DNA of 64,000 nucleotides from an uncultured Myxococcia bacterium (GTDB lineage Bacteria; Myxococcota_A; UBA9042; PHBI01): NCBI GenBank assembly GCA_942493285.1, contig OW818691.1, positions 7,126,484 to 7,190,483 of the forward strand, read 5' to 3'. Shown piece by piece: positions 1 to 9,975 of this stretch (position 1 is its first letter; each line of letters starts with the position of its first letter). The notes under the pieces were generated by a model. It saw only the letters and a program-made list of their open reading frames with translations, ran no database searches and was not told where the DNA came from. The position numbers and the translations under genes were made by a program.

Positions 1-540
1 ACGGCCCTTGGGGTCATCCGGTCGGCCTATGCGATCGACCCTACCCTTACCGTCCTGGCCGATGAGACGCGTCCCTACCTCCAAGGGGCGCGACTCACCG
101 CCTGGGAGCTTCTCCAGGATCAGATCCCGGTCACCCTCATCCCCGACTCGGCCGCCGGGCACCTCATGCGCCAGGGGCTCATCGACCTCGCGATCGTCGG
201 CGCCGATCGCATCGCCCACAACGGCGACACGGCCAACAAGATCGGGACCTATACCGTCGCGGTCCTGTGCGCGCGCCATGGGCTGCCGTTCTATGTGGCG
301 GCCCCGACCTCGACCATCGACCTCGACACCGCCTCGGGTGACCAGATCCCGATCGAGGAGCGCCCCGCCGAAGAGGTCCGCACCGTTTTTGGTCGCCCCG
401 TCGCGCCACCCGACGTCGCGGTGCGAAACCCGAGCTTCGATGTCACCCCGAACGACCTCATCACGGCCATCATCACCGAGCGCGGCGTCGTGCGCGCGCC
501 TTACGGCCCCGGCCTCTCGGCACTCCTGGGTGGCTCGTGA
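1..540 (+). CDS. mtnA: S-methyl-5-thioribose-1-phosphate isomerase (MtnA/eIF-2B family), 5'-truncated at window edge
   Basis: Frame-1 ORF open from base 1. Translation ...[24 protein letters not shown]...[21 protein letters not shown]...[11 protein letters not shown]... matches the conserved C-terminal core of the MtnA/eIF-2B family. Stop TGA at 538-540. Confidence 0.7.
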   Translation, partial: TALGVIRSAYAIDPTLTVLADETRPYLQGARLTAWELLQDQIPVTLIPDSAAGHLMRQGLIDLAIVGADRIAHNGDTANKIGTYTVAVLCARHGLPFYVAAPTSTIDLDTASGDQIPIEERPAEEVRTVFGRPVAPPDVAVRNPSFDVTPNDLITAIITERGVVRAPYGPGLSALLGGS

Positions 541-795
541 TTCTCGTGGTGCGTCGGTTCCTGGGTCGTTTCCGAACCCCGCCTCACTCTTGTCTTGACA
601 GTCGAGGCCGCCCCCCTCTAGGTTCCCGCTCCCTTGCGCGGGCCTGCCCATTTCAGGCAGCTCACGAAAGGGTGCAAAGCCGCTTCGACCAAGCGCTTTG
701 AACCAAAACCCTTCCGTTGGTGGCCGAGACGACGCCCCCAACGGAGATCGCGCCCGAGCCGCACGGCCGGGTTCTCCTCATGGTGAGGTCCCACG

Positions 796-1107
796 ATGTA
801 TGCCGTGATCAAAACCGGCGGAAAGCAGTACCGGGTTGAAGAGGGTGCCACCCTCGCCATTGAGCGCCTCGAAGGCGACCCGGGTACCCAGATCTTCTTC
901 GACGAGGTGCTTCTCGTCGGCTCGGAGAGCGAGACCAAGCTCGGTCGCCCCTTCATCGCTGGTGCCAATGTCGGCGCCACGATCGTGGAGCAGGGCCGTG
1001 CCAAGAAGGTCATCGTCTTCAAGTTCCGTCGCCGCAAGAACTACAAGCGCAAGAAGGGCCACCGCCAATACTTCACGCGCGTGCGTATCGACTCGATCGC
1101 TGGCTGA
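796..1107 (+). CDS. rplU: 50S ribosomal protein L21
   Basis: 103-aa ORF MYAVIKTGGKQYRVEEG... with a canonical bL21 N-terminus. RBS-like GGTGAGG upstream. First gene of the conserved rplU-rpmA-obg arrangement. Confidence 0.9.
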   Translation: MYAVIKTGGKQYRVEEGATLAIERLEGDPGTQIFFDEVLLVGSESETKLGRPFIAGANVGATIVEQGRAKKVIVFKFRRRKNYKRKKGHRQYFTRVRIDSIAG

Positions 1108-1113
1108 CATCAG

Positions 1114-1129
1114 CGGGGCTTCGGCCCCG
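1114..1129 (+). terminator. GC stem-loop with UUCG tetraloop (CGGGGC-TTCG-GCCCCG) just after the rplU stop; possible attenuator or processing site
   Basis: A perfect 6-bp stem with a TTCG loop is seen directly, followed by a moderately T-rich tract (TGTTGAGTTCGTCTGTGATTG). It lies inside the rplU-rpmA intergenic region. Confidence 0.3.
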
Positions 1130-1210
1130 TGTTGAGTTCGTCTGTGATTGCAAGAACATCGAGCCTTCGTCCGCGTGGCGATGGTTCGTTAGAACTTTAG
1201 AGGGCAAGTC

Positions 1211-1468
1211 ATGGCTCATAAAAAAGGACAAGGAAGCTCCCGCAACGGTCGCGACTCCAATGGCCAACGCCGTGGGGTCAAGATCTACGGTGGCCAGGTC
1301 GTCAAGGCCGGCAACATCATCGTTCGCCAGTGCGGCACCGTGATCCACCCGGGTCCCAATGTCGGCTGCGGTCGCGACTTCACGCTGTTCGCCAAGGCGG
1401 ACGGCGTGTTGAAGTACGACAACGATGGACGCGGGCGCAAGCGCGCCTCGGTGGTCCCGGCCTCCTGA
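1211..1468 (+). CDS. rpmA: 50S ribosomal protein L27
   Basis: 85-aa [27 protein letters not shown]... carries the bL27 signature. Confidence 0.9.
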   Translation: MAHKKGQGSSRNGRDSNGQRRGVKIYGGQVVKAGNIIVRQCGTVIHPGPNVGCGRDFTLFAKADGVLKYDNDGRGRKRASVVPAS

Positions 1469-1589
1469 GCCGGTTTCCTGATCGGCGACGCGGTGTTTGG
1501 CCGGCTCGTTCCGGCCCACCCGTCCGCACAGGCCGCATAGGTTCGTCCAGTACGAAACTACGCTGGCTTTCTCCCGAGGATGACATCCC

Positions 1590-2633
1590 ATGCAGTTCGT
1601 CGACGAAGCGGTCATCGAAGTGACCGGCGGACACGGCGGAAAGGGGTGTATCTCCTTTCGCCGTGAGGCCCATGTGCCGCTCGGCGGCCCCGATGGTGGT
1701 GACGGCGGTCACGGCGGAAACGTCGTCGCGGTCGCCACGACCAGCGTCGCCACGCTACTCGACCATCGCTACAAGCGGTACTATCGGGCCGAGCAGGGGC
1801 ACTTCGGCGAGGGCGCCCGCAAGTCTGGAGCAGACGCTCCCGATATCCGGCTCCCCGTGCCGGTCGGGACCCAGGTCCTCGACGAGAAGACCGGCGCGTT
1901 GCTGATCGACCTCGACGTCGCGGGCAAGGAGTTCATCCTTGCGCGGGGCGGTCGCGGCGGGCGTGGCAATACCCATTACTCGACCCCGACTAGGCAGGCC
2001 CCCCGTCTCAACCAACCGGGTGAGCCAGGGGAGCACAAGATCCTGCGGTTGAACCTGAAGCTCGTCGCCGACGTCGGCTTCATCGGTCTCCCCAATGCCG
2101 GCAAGAGCACGCTGCTGCGCGCGCTCACGAACAGCCAGGCCAAGGTGGGCGACTACCCGTTCACGACGCTCGTTCCCAACCTCGGCGTCTACCGCCACTA
2201 CGAGCGCGACATCATCCTCGCCGACATCCCGGGGCTCATCGAGGGTGCCCATGACGGCCATGGTCTTGGTGATCGTTTCCTCAAACACGTCGAGCGGACC
2301 CGTGTCCTCGTCCACCTGGTCTCGCTGTCTCCCGACGCGCTCGATCCGCTCACCGCGTATCGCGTCGTCAACGAGGAGCTCGCGGCCTGGTCCAAAGCGC
2401 TGGCGAGCTATCCGCAGGTGGTGGTCCTCAACAAGATCGACGTCGTGACGGACCGCGGCGAGCTCGATCTCTGGCGCGACGAGTTCGCCAAGATCGGCGT
2501 TCGTGATCTGCACTTCATCTCGGGCCTCAGCCGCGAAGGGGTCCAAGCCATCATCACGCGCTGCGTCGAGCACCTGGGACCGGTCGAACCCGTCGCAACC
2601 GCTTCTCCCGACGAGCCCTGGTCGCCCCTTTGA
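1590..2633 (+). CDS. obg: GTPase Obg/CgtA
   Basis: 347 aa. N-terminal Obg-fold Gly-rich repeats (GGHGGKGCISFRRE, GGPDGGDGGHGGNV) followed by GTPase motifs G1 GLPNAGKST, G3 DIPG, G4 NKID. Third gene of the rplU-rpmA-obg operon. Confidence 0.9.
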   Translation: MQFVDEAVIEVTGGHGGKGCISFRREAHVPLGGPDGGDGGHGGNVVAVATTSVATLLDHRYKRYYRAEQGHFGEGARKSGADAPDIRLPVPVGTQVLDEKTGALLIDLDVAGKEFILARGGRGGRGNTHYSTPTRQAPRLNQPGEPGEHKILRLNLKLVADVGFIGLPNAGKSTLLRALTNSQAKVGDYPFTTLVPNLGVYRHYERDIILADIPGLIEGAHDGHGLGDRFLKHVERTRVLVHLVSLSPDALDPLTAYRVVNEELAAWSKALASYPQVVVLNKIDVVTDRGELDLWRDEFAKIGVRDLHFISGLSREGVQAIITRCVEHLGPVEPVATASPDEPWSPL

Positions 2634-2819
2634 CCACGTGGTCAGCCCGCCTGCGCCCTGCATCCACGGCACAATCTCCTGGGTCTGGGAATGCGGTTGG
2701 GCGGCGATGACTGGAAGGAGCCGGGCCTGAGCCGCTCAGCTTCTTTCCTCTGGATCCGGATTGAGCTAAAAGGTTTCGGCTGCTCCCGTGTCGGCGACTG
2801 AACGGGAATCGGAGTTCCG

Positions 2820-3683
2820 ATGATGGAGAATGCACGAAGGCCAGCCGCAACTGCGGTGCGCGCGGCTTGGCTCATGGCGACGCTCGGCGTCATCGGAGTT
2901 GCGCTCGTCACCCACCGGGTCGACGCTTTCGCAGCCGAACCGGCGCCCGAAGCCCCTCCGGCCCCCGCTCCCGCCGGGGACCCGGCACCGCTCCCCGCCG
3001 CTCCGAGCCCGACTCCAGGACCCGCTGTGCCCGGCCCAACTCCAGCTTCCCCGCCCACAGGTGCGCGTGGGACCGAAGCCGGCGGGACCCCTGCCGGTGC
3101 GGATGAGGTGCATGACTTCAAGCTCCGCGAGCTCGAGGAGAAGGTCGTCAATCTGAAGGAGAAGGTCTTCCGTTCGAAGACCCGTCTCCTGCTCCTCAAA
3201 GAGCGGCTCCTGAATGACGTCATCGCCGAAGCCAAGGTCGTGATCTTTCACGAGAATGACATGGGATCGAGCTTCAAACCCGTGTCGGTCCTGTATCACC
3301 TCGACGGCGAGAAGATCTACTTCCAGGACGACAGCACCAAGATGCTCGAGGACACCGCAACCTTCGAGATCTTCAACCAGAATCTGGTTCCGGGAAACCA
3401 CGTGCTCTCAGTGGAGATGGTCTATCGAGGCGACTCGGCGCTCTTCGCCTACCTCAAGGACTACCTCTTCAAGCTCCGCGCGAGCTACACGTTCTACGCG
3501 ACGAAGGGCAAGATCACGACGGTCCGCGCCATCGGCTATCAGAAGGGCGACATCACCTACGACCTGCGTGAGCGTCCCTCCATCACGTTCGACGTCAAGC
3601 AGGTGAGCTACACCGCCGAACAAGCGGGTGTCGCCCCAGCCGCCCCGGGCGCAGCAGCCACCCCCGAGGGCACGCCGAAGTGA
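2820..3683 (+). CDS. Hypothetical membrane-anchored/periplasmic protein (first gene of the Agl-Glt-like cluster)
   Basis: 287 aa. N-terminal hydrophobic segment (AAWLMATLGVIGVALV), Pro/Ala-rich linker, coiled-coil (LRELEEKVVNLKEKVFRSK) and a beta-rich C-domain. Its stop overlaps the next ORF start (GTGA at 3680-3683). No domain recognised by eye. Confidence 0.5.
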   Translation: MMENARRPAATAVRAAWLMATLGVIGVALVTHRVDAFAAEPAPEAPPAPAPAGDPAPLPAAPSPTPGPAVPGPTPASPPTGARGTEAGGTPAGADEVHDFKLRELEEKVVNLKEKVFRSKTRLLLLKERLLNDVIAEAKVVIFHENDMGSSFKPVSVLYHLDGEKIYFQDDSTKMLEDTATFEIFNQNLVPGNHVLSVEMVYRGDSALFAYLKDYLFKLRASYTFYATKGKITTVRAIGYQKGDITYDLRERPSITFDVKQVSYTAEQAGVAPAAPGAAATPEGTPK

Positions 3684-6256
3684 GCTCCGGGAGCGCCATG
3701 GGCCCCACGCACCTCTGCTGCCGCGGAGGGACGAGGCCGCGGTCGATTCACACACGGCCTTCGTCGCTGGTCTCGCTGGCGATCGGGCTGTCGTTGGTCC
3801 ACGGCCTTGCGACGTCCGCCGTCGCAGCGAATCCAAAGGAGGCCAAGGGTCTCGAGACCCAGCTCGGCAACATCGAAGGCCTCGTCGAGCACCTCGTCCG
3901 GACCTACGCCAATCCGCAGGCCGTCATTCGTAAGTTTCCGAATCAGAAACGACTTCTCGACGCCCGCGTGTTCTGGGAGCTCGGCCAGTACGAAAACGCC
4001 GCAATGCTTCTCTTCGACGTTCTCGAGCGTCCCGATTTCCAGGGCGACTTCGAGTTCGAGGCGACGCAGCTCCTGCTTGGTGAGTGTCTGCTCAAGCTCG
4101 ACAACACCCGAGGCGCGCGTGACCTCTTCGCCAAAGCCGCTCAGGGACGCGACCGCCAACTCGCAGAGGAGGCGCGGCTCTATCTCATCGAGCTCGCCCT
4201 GGCTGAAGGCTACGAGGACCGCCTGCGACAGGCTGTCAGCGACTACACATCGCTCGCCAATTCGCTTGTCGGGGCGAGTGACCGCACCCGCTATGGTCTT
4301 GGCAAGGCGCACCTGACGCTCGGTGACTACGACCAGGCGGTGGGCGCACTCCTCGCGATTCCCCCGCAGAGCGAGCTCTATCATCGTGGGCGCTTCTACC
4401 TGGGGGCGGCCTATGTGGGCAAAGGCCAGGTCGACCTCGCGCTCGAGGTGTTCCGCGCGCTGACCCAGGTCCAGGGCGATCAGCCGATCATGAAGGAGCT
4501 GCGCGACCAGGCGTGGCTCGCGGTTGGGCGCCTCCTTGTGCAGCGCGGGGCGTTCGACCTCGGGCTCACGAGTTATCAGAACATCGACCGGAACAGCGCC
4601 TACTACGAGGACGCCGTCTACGAGATGTCGTGGGCCTACATCAATCAGGAGAAGTTCGACCGCGCACTCCAGACCGTGCAGGTGCTCCTGCTAACGGTCA
4701 AAGACGACGACCGCGAGATCGACGCCCACGTCCTGCGCGGCCAACTCAACGTGATGATGCAGGATTACGATGAGGCCCGGACGAGCTACCAGGCCATCAT
4801 CGACCGCTTCGCGCCTATCCGCAACGAGCTCGCGCGTTTCACCAAAGCCTCCAACGAGGTCCAGCGCTACTTCCAGTGGTTGCTCGACCGACACAGCGGC
4901 CTCGGCGCACTGCAGGGCCCGCTGACCGACCGCACCGTGGCGTGGCTCGAGTCGTCGACCGACCTGTCACGGGTCGCCGCCGTATTCGACCGGATCTCCA
5001 AGGAACGTGAGGAGATCAACGAGACTCAGGAGCTCGGCGAGGAGCTGGCCGTGATGCTCGGCAGCAAGAACCGCGTCGAGATGTTCCCTGACCTCCGCCA
5101 GGGATGGAGCCAGTCACTGGTCCTCGAGAACCAGCTCGTGTTGCTCGCAACGCGGCTGCTCGACCATCAGAATGAGCGCATCCGCGACCGCGTGACGTCC
5201 CAGGAGAGGGCGGAGCTGAACGAGATCGTCGCCTGGCGTCGACAGCTCGAGGAGCGCGCCATGCGGCTCCCGACGTCGTTCGAGGCCTACGACGCGCGTC
5301 AGGGGCAGATCAACCGCCGCTATCGCGACCTCGAACAGAAGAACTTTTTTGTTCAGCAGGGGCTCGACGAGGTCCAGCGCCAACTCAAGGGTGTCGAGCG
5401 CTTCCTCAACGACAAACAATACGCCGACGGGGGCAAGAAGCTCTCCGCCGACCGCGAGGCGGGTCTCCGCACCGACATCGAGAAAGAAAAGGCCGAGCTC
5501 TCGGCCATGTATGACGAGCTCGTCGCGCTCAAACGTGAGATCCTGCGCGAGATCGCTGCCGTCGGCACTGGCGACGAGGCGACCCGAGGCGAGGACACAC
5601 TCAAGGCCTCATTGCTCCAGGCGCTCGAACGAGAGGGGACCTTCTACGACCGCGCGGCGGGCCGGCTTGGCGGTCCTATCGCCAAGGATTTCCAAGGATT
5701 GGGCGAGATGCGTGGGCGGGTCTATCGCGCCATCGGTCGCCTTGATGCGGTCATCAGTGCCATCGACAAAGAGGTCGGGACCAAGACGGCCGAGCTCGTC
5801 GATCAGGTTCGTCGTGAGCTCGAGCACATCTCGGGGCATAGGGCCGAGGTCACCGCCTTCGATGGAGACGGCCGCATCATGGCGCTCGAGATGGGCGAGG
5901 AGTTCTTCAGCCGCGCGCTCGGCCGCATGGACCAGGTGGTGCTCGAAGCCGACGTCGGCCTGCTCGACGTCATGTGGGCACGCAAGAACGAAAAGACCCA
6001 GGAGATGCAGCGCATCAACGATGACCGCAGCAAGCGCATCAAGCAGCTGCAGGCTGACCTGGAGTCGATCAAGTCGGGCTCAGGCGATGACAAGGATTCC
6101 GGCATCGCGCCCCCGCCTCCCGCCGATGCGCCGCCTCCCGGTGGGCCAACGCCCGGCGGGCCTGCTCCCGGTGGCCCCGCTCCTGCTCCAGCCGACCCCA
6201 AGACCTCTCAGGACGGGCAGCCGTCCGCCCCCGCCGAAGAAGTGAAGGAGGACTGA
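3680..6256 (+). CDS. TPR-repeat protein with long coiled-coil and C-terminal Pro/Gly-rich tail
   Basis: 858-aa ORF with TPR-like helical repeats (e.g. YYEDAVYEMSWAYINQEKFDRAL), an extended coiled-coil (residues ~380-800) and a PPPGGPTPGGPAPGGPAP tail. Start uncertain: GTG at 3680 overlapping the upstream stop, or ATG at 3698. A hydrophobic stretch SLAIGLSLVHGLATSAVAA near the N-terminus suggests export. Confidence 0.6.
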   Translation: MSSGSAMGPTHLCCRGGTRPRSIHTRPSSLVSLAIGLSLVHGLATSAVAANPKEAKGLETQLGNIEGLVEHLVRTYANPQAVIRKFPNQKRLLDARVFWELGQYENAAMLLFDVLERPDFQGDFEFEATQLLLGECLLKLDNTRGARDLFAKAAQGRDRQLAEEARLYLIELALAEGYEDRLRQAVSDYTSLANSLVGASDRTRYGLGKAHLTLGDYDQAVGALLAIPPQSELYHRGRFYLGAAYVGKGQVDLALEVFRALTQVQGDQPIMKELRDQAWLAVGRLLVQRGAFDLGLTSYQNIDRNSAYYEDAVYEMSWAYINQEKFDRALQTVQVLLLTVKDDDREIDAHVLRGQLNVMMQDYDEARTSYQAIIDRFAPIRNELARFTKASNEVQRYFQWLLDRHSGLGALQGPLTDRTVAWLESSTDLSRVAAVFDRISKEREEINETQELGEELAVMLGSKNRVEMFPDLRQGWSQSLVLENQLVLLATRLLDHQNERIRDRVTSQERAELNEIVAWRRQLEERAMRLPTSFEAYDARQGQINRRYRDLEQKNFFVQQGLDEVQRQLKGVERFLNDKQYADGGKKLSADREAGLRTDIEKEKAELSAMYDELVALKREILREIAAVGTGDEATRGEDTLKASLLQALEREGTFYDRAAGRLGGPIAKDFQGLGEMRGRVYRAIGRLDAVISAIDKEVGTKTAELVDQVRRELEHISGHRAEVTAFDGDGRIMALEMGEEFFSRALGRMDQVVLEADVGLLDVMWARKNEKTQEMQRINDDRSKRIKQLQADLESIKSGSGDDKDSGIAPPPPADAPPPGGPTPGGPAPGGPAPAPADPKTSQDGQPSAPAEEVKED

Positions 6257-9200
6257 TGAAACGCCTCCTCCTCGTCGCCATTGCCATGTCGGCCACGGCC
6301 TCGTTCGCGGCCGAGCCCGGGCCTGACCAGCCGCCCGCACCGCCCGCACCCGCAGGGCCTCCGGCCGCACCCGCCCCAGCTGGCCCGGCGACTTCCCCGG
6401 ACGGGACGAAGCCGCCCGCGTCGGACCCCAAGACACCGGCAGGTCCTCCACCGACCGAGCCCCTCGTGCCGGCCACGACCACCCCGACCGGACCGAGCGC
6501 GTCGACGCTGCGGGTGCAATCGATTCCCGAGATAGGTCAATGCAAGCGGGAACCACTCGGTGGGGCGAGCGCCGCTGATGAGCTCGCCTCGAAGCGCGAC
6601 ACCAAGAAGCTCAGCGACAACGCTGCAGAGCGAGCGGAGTTCGAGCGTGTGGCCGCACGCTTCTCCGAGGTGGCGCTCGAGTACAACCGAGAGGTCGAGA
6701 CGCTGCTCGACGACTCGTTCAAAGACCGCATGAAGGGGGTCGCCGAACGTTACGACCGGGAGTCCGGTCAGGTCGAGCTCACGGAGAGCGAACGCCGCAA
6801 CGACGCCATCGCGCAGTTCGAACGCTTCGTCGAAAAGTACCCAAAGGAACCCCGCTACACACCCGACGCGATGTTCCGCCTCGCCGAGCTCTACTACGAG
6901 AAATCGGCCGTCGACTACGACACCGCACTCAAACACTTCAACACGCAGATCGCGCTGTACAACCGCGGCAAGGTCCCTGAGCGGCCCAAGAACGTTGACC
7001 GTGATTATGCTGACGTCATAAAGACTTATCAGCGTCTCATCGCGACCTTTGGCGACAGCTACCGCTACGCCGATGCGGTCTACTACCTGCTCGGCTACGT
7101 CCTGCAGGAGTCCGAAGACGACATCGCCGCGCGGCGCGCCTGGATGGACCTCGTCGAGAAGCATCCGCAGAGCGAGTACGCCCCCGAGGTGTGGCTGCGC
7201 GTTGGCGAAAACCACTTCGACTACGGCGAGTTCGAGCAGGCCGCGGAGTCCTACCGCAAGGCCATGGCCTACACCGAGAGCCGCTTCTACGACAAAGCGC
7301 TCTACAAGCTCGCGTGGACCTACTTCCAGATCTACGACTACGACCTCGCCATCAAGACCTTCAAGGAGCTCATCGCCTGGTACGACAAGGACCAGCGCCT
7401 CGAAGGCGCGACCGCCAGCGCGCTGCGCGAAGAGGCCATCGACTATCTCGCGAAGAGCCTCGCCGAGGACGACTGGGACAACGACGGCGAAGACGACGCC
7501 AGCCGCGGAATCGCGCGAGCGCTCGGCTATCTCCAGGGCGGGACGGCGTGGGAGAAGGCCATCATCGTCCGCTATGCCGAGGCGCTCTACGACCTGCATG
7601 ACCTCCGCAAGTACGAGGAGGCGGTCAGCGTCTACCAGAAGCTCATCGCGATGAACCCCAACGCGCTGGAGTCGGTCGACTTCCAACAGAAGATCATCCA
7701 GATCTATGACGTCCTCCGCGACGTCGACGCATCGACCCGCGAGCGCCAGCAGCTCGCCGAGATGTTCGCGCCTGGTAGCGCCTGGGCACGGGCCAACGCC
7801 AACGAAGCCAAGCGCATCGCGGAGGCGACCGAGGCCGTCGAGGTCGAGATGCGGCGCCGCGCGCTCACCCTTCACCAGCGGGCGCAGGAGCTCAAGGCCG
7901 AAGCGCTCAACGACAACAAGCCCGAGCTCATCCCGAAGTCCGAGGACAGCTATCGTCAGGCGGCCCGCGCCTACCAGGAGTACCTGTCGCGCTACCCGTC
8001 GCAGCCCTCGACCTACGAGATGCGTTTCTACCTGGCCGAGACGCTCTACTATTCGAGCCAGTTCCGCGACGCCGCCAGGACCTACTTCGAGATCGCCGCC
8101 GAGCCCTATCTCGCGAAGTTCCGCGAGCCCGCAGCATGGTCGGCGGTCAAGTCCTTCGAGCGTATCCTCGCGGACCAGGTGACCGCTGGGAAGATCCCCG
8201 AGAAGTCGAACCCGTCGTCCTCCTGGGAGCCTCCCAAGACCGAAGAGACCGCTTCCGGCGACCTGCGCACCTTTCAACCCGAGCCGTACTCCGCCGAGCT
8301 GCGGGACTGGCTCGCAGCCGTGGACTTCTACGTGCTGCGCGACATCCAGCGCGATGGCAGCCGTAAGCCGCAAGTCGCCTTTGCTTATCAGGCAGCCTCG
8401 ATCGCGGCGCGCTTCAACAACTTCGAAGACGCGCGCAGCCGCTTCCGCCAGATCATCTCGTGTTTCCCCGACGACGACCTGGCGGCGGACGCGATGGCCA
8501 ACATCCTGAACAGCTATCGGGACGAGAACGACCTGCAGAACCTCGAGAAGTGGGCGACCATCGCGGAGAAAATCCAGCTCGGCGACCCGGAGATCACCGC
8601 CGAAATCCAGAAGAAGATCAAAGTCTTCAAGCTCGGAGCCCAGTTCCAGAGAGCCGAACAGCTCCTCGCCGACAAGCAGCACCTCGAGGCCGCCAAGGAG
8701 TTCGAGCGCCTGGCCGACCAGAACCAGGAAGCGGCCTTCCTCGACAAGGCCTATTACAACGCGGCGATGGCCTACAAAGAGGTCAAGTACTACGACTCGG
8801 CGGCGCGCATCTTCGAGAAGCTCGTGACCGAGCCCCGCTTCGCCAAGAGCGAGTTCAAGACCGAGTCGGTCTTCGAGCTGGCCGAGAACTACAAGTTGTT
8901 CTTCGCCTTCGAGAAGGCGACCGAGACCTACTTCGCCTACCTGCAGCGCACGGACGGGACCAAGGACGCCAACCGACCGTACGCGCTCTACACGGCGGGT
9001 CGTCTCCAGGAGTACTCGGGCAATTTGAAGGCGGCCGCGGCCACCTACGAGCGCTACGCCGAGACCTTCAAGGAGCGCGAGGACACGGCCAACGCCTTGT
9101 TCCGGGCGGCAGAGCTGCACGAGCGGATGAAGGACCGCGAGAACCAGAAGCGGATCCTCGGCCACTTCATCGAGCGCTTCTCGGCGACCACCGGCATGAG

Positions 9201-9975
9201 CGTTCGGGTCCTCGAGGCCATGCTCGAGCTCGGCGACATCGCCAAGGCCCAGAACAAGGCGCGCGACGCCAACAAGTTCTACTCCGACGTCGTTCGAGAG
9301 TATACGGCACGCGGCTTCCAGCCCGGCACTCCCGCGGCGAACGCGGCTGCGAAGGCGCGCTTTGAGCTCGTCGAGCGCCAGTTCGAAGAATACGCAAAGA
9401 TCCGCCTCACGGGTGCCAGCCAGCGCAAGATGGGCGCAGACCTCGCGCGTAAGAAGAAGATGCTCGACGAGCTCGAGCTGGCCTACGGCGAGATCCTCCC
9501 CTACCGCTCGCTCGACTGGACCATCGCTGCCTTCTACCGGCTTGGCGACCTGTACCGCGACTTCGCGGACACCCTCTACAAGGCGCCGGAGCCCCAAGGT
9601 CTCTCGGACGAGGAGCTCGAGGCCTACGTCAACATCATCGAGGACGAGGGACTCAAGTACGAGAACGTCGCCATCGAGCGCTTCGAGCGGACCGTCGTCG
9701 AGTCGCGCCGCCTCAAGGTCACGACCGATTGGGCCGAGAAGGCCCTGGACGCCATCAACAAGTACAAGCCGGCAGACTACCCGCTCTTCAAGGAGCCCAA
9801 AGCTGCGCCTACCTTCCTCCCACGCTTCAAGGTCGATGCCCGCGCCTCGAAGACGGCCGGTCCGCCTGCGTCTGGTGCGGTTCCGACCCCGTCGCCTACG
9901 CCTGCGACCCCGGCGAGCCCGCCTGCCTCATCGAAGCCGGTCGACAAAGACGCTCCCGCGGAGACCCTCGAATGA
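6256..9975 (+). CDS. Large secreted TPR-repeat protein (GltD/AgmU/NfsD-like architecture)
   Basis: 1239 aa. ATGA overlap with the upstream stop. Signal peptide MKRLLLVAIAMSATASFAAEP, a Pro-rich linker, then TPR-like repeats along the whole length. Size and organisation resemble the large periplasmic TPR component of Agl-Glt/Nfs machineries (established-knowledge comparison, not a computed match). Confidence 0.65.
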   Translation: MKRLLLVAIAMSATASFAAEPGPDQPPAPPAPAGPPAAPAPAGPATSPDGTKPPASDPKTPAGPPPTEPLVPATTTPTGPSASTLRVQSIPEIGQCKREPLGGASAADELASKRDTKKLSDNAAERAEFERVAARFSEVALEYNREVETLLDDSFKDRMKGVAERYDRESGQVELTESERRNDAIAQFERFVEKYPKEPRYTPDAMFRLAELYYEKSAVDYDTALKHFNTQIALYNRGKVPERPKNVDRDYADVIKTYQRLIATFGDSYRYADAVYYLLGYVLQESEDDIAARRAWMDLVEKHPQSEYAPEVWLRVGENHFDYGEFEQAAESYRKAMAYTESRFYDKALYKLAWTYFQIYDYDLAIKTFKELIAWYDKDQRLEGATASALREEAIDYLAKSLAEDDWDNDGEDDASRGIARALGYLQGGTAWEKAIIVRYAEALYDLHDLRKYEEAVSVYQKLIAMNPNALESVDFQQKIIQIYDVLRDVDASTRERQQLAEMFAPGSAWARANANEAKRIAEATEAVEVEMRRRALTLHQRAQELKAEALNDNKPELIPKSEDSYRQAARAYQEYLSRYPSQPSTYEMRFYLAETLYYSSQFRDAARTYFEIAAEPYLAKFREPAAWSAVKSFERILADQVTAGKIPEKSNPSSSWEPPKTEETASGDLRTFQPEPYSAELRDWLAAVDFYVLRDIQRDGSRKPQVAFAYQAASIAARFNNFEDARSRFRQIISCFPDDDLAADAMANILNSYRDENDLQNLEKWATIAEKIQLGDPEITAEIQKKIKVFKLGAQFQRAEQLLADKQHLEAAKEFERLADQNQEAAFLDKAYYNAAMAYKEVKYYDSAARIFEKLVTEPRFAKSEFKTESVFELAENYKLFFAFEKATETYFAYLQRTDGTKDANRPYALYTAGRLQEYSGNLKAAAATYERYAETFKEREDTANALFRAAELHERMKDRENQKRILGHFIERFSATTGMSVRVLEAMLELGDIAKAQNKARDANKFYSDVVREYTARGFQPGTPAANAAAKARFELVERQFEEYAKIRLTGASQRKMGADLARKKKMLDELELAYGEILPYRSLDWTIAAFYRLGDLYRDFADTLYKAPEPQGLSDEELEAYVNIIEDEGLKYENVAIERFERTVVESRRLKVTTDWAEKALDAINKYKPADYPLFKEPKAAPTFLPRFKVDARASKTAGPPASGAVPTPSPTPATPASPPASSKPVDKDAPAETLE

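Noticed and set aside
6208-9597. Very long antisense ORFs (1129 aa on minus strand here; likewise 13700-15610 -, 10179-11372 -, 20090-21655 -, 25592-27301 +, 38650-41367 +, 16725-18002 -)
   Set aside because: They lie opposite well-supported genes and have Arg/Gly/Pro/Ala-dominated low-complexity translations with no motifs. This is a typical GC-rich off-frame artefact.
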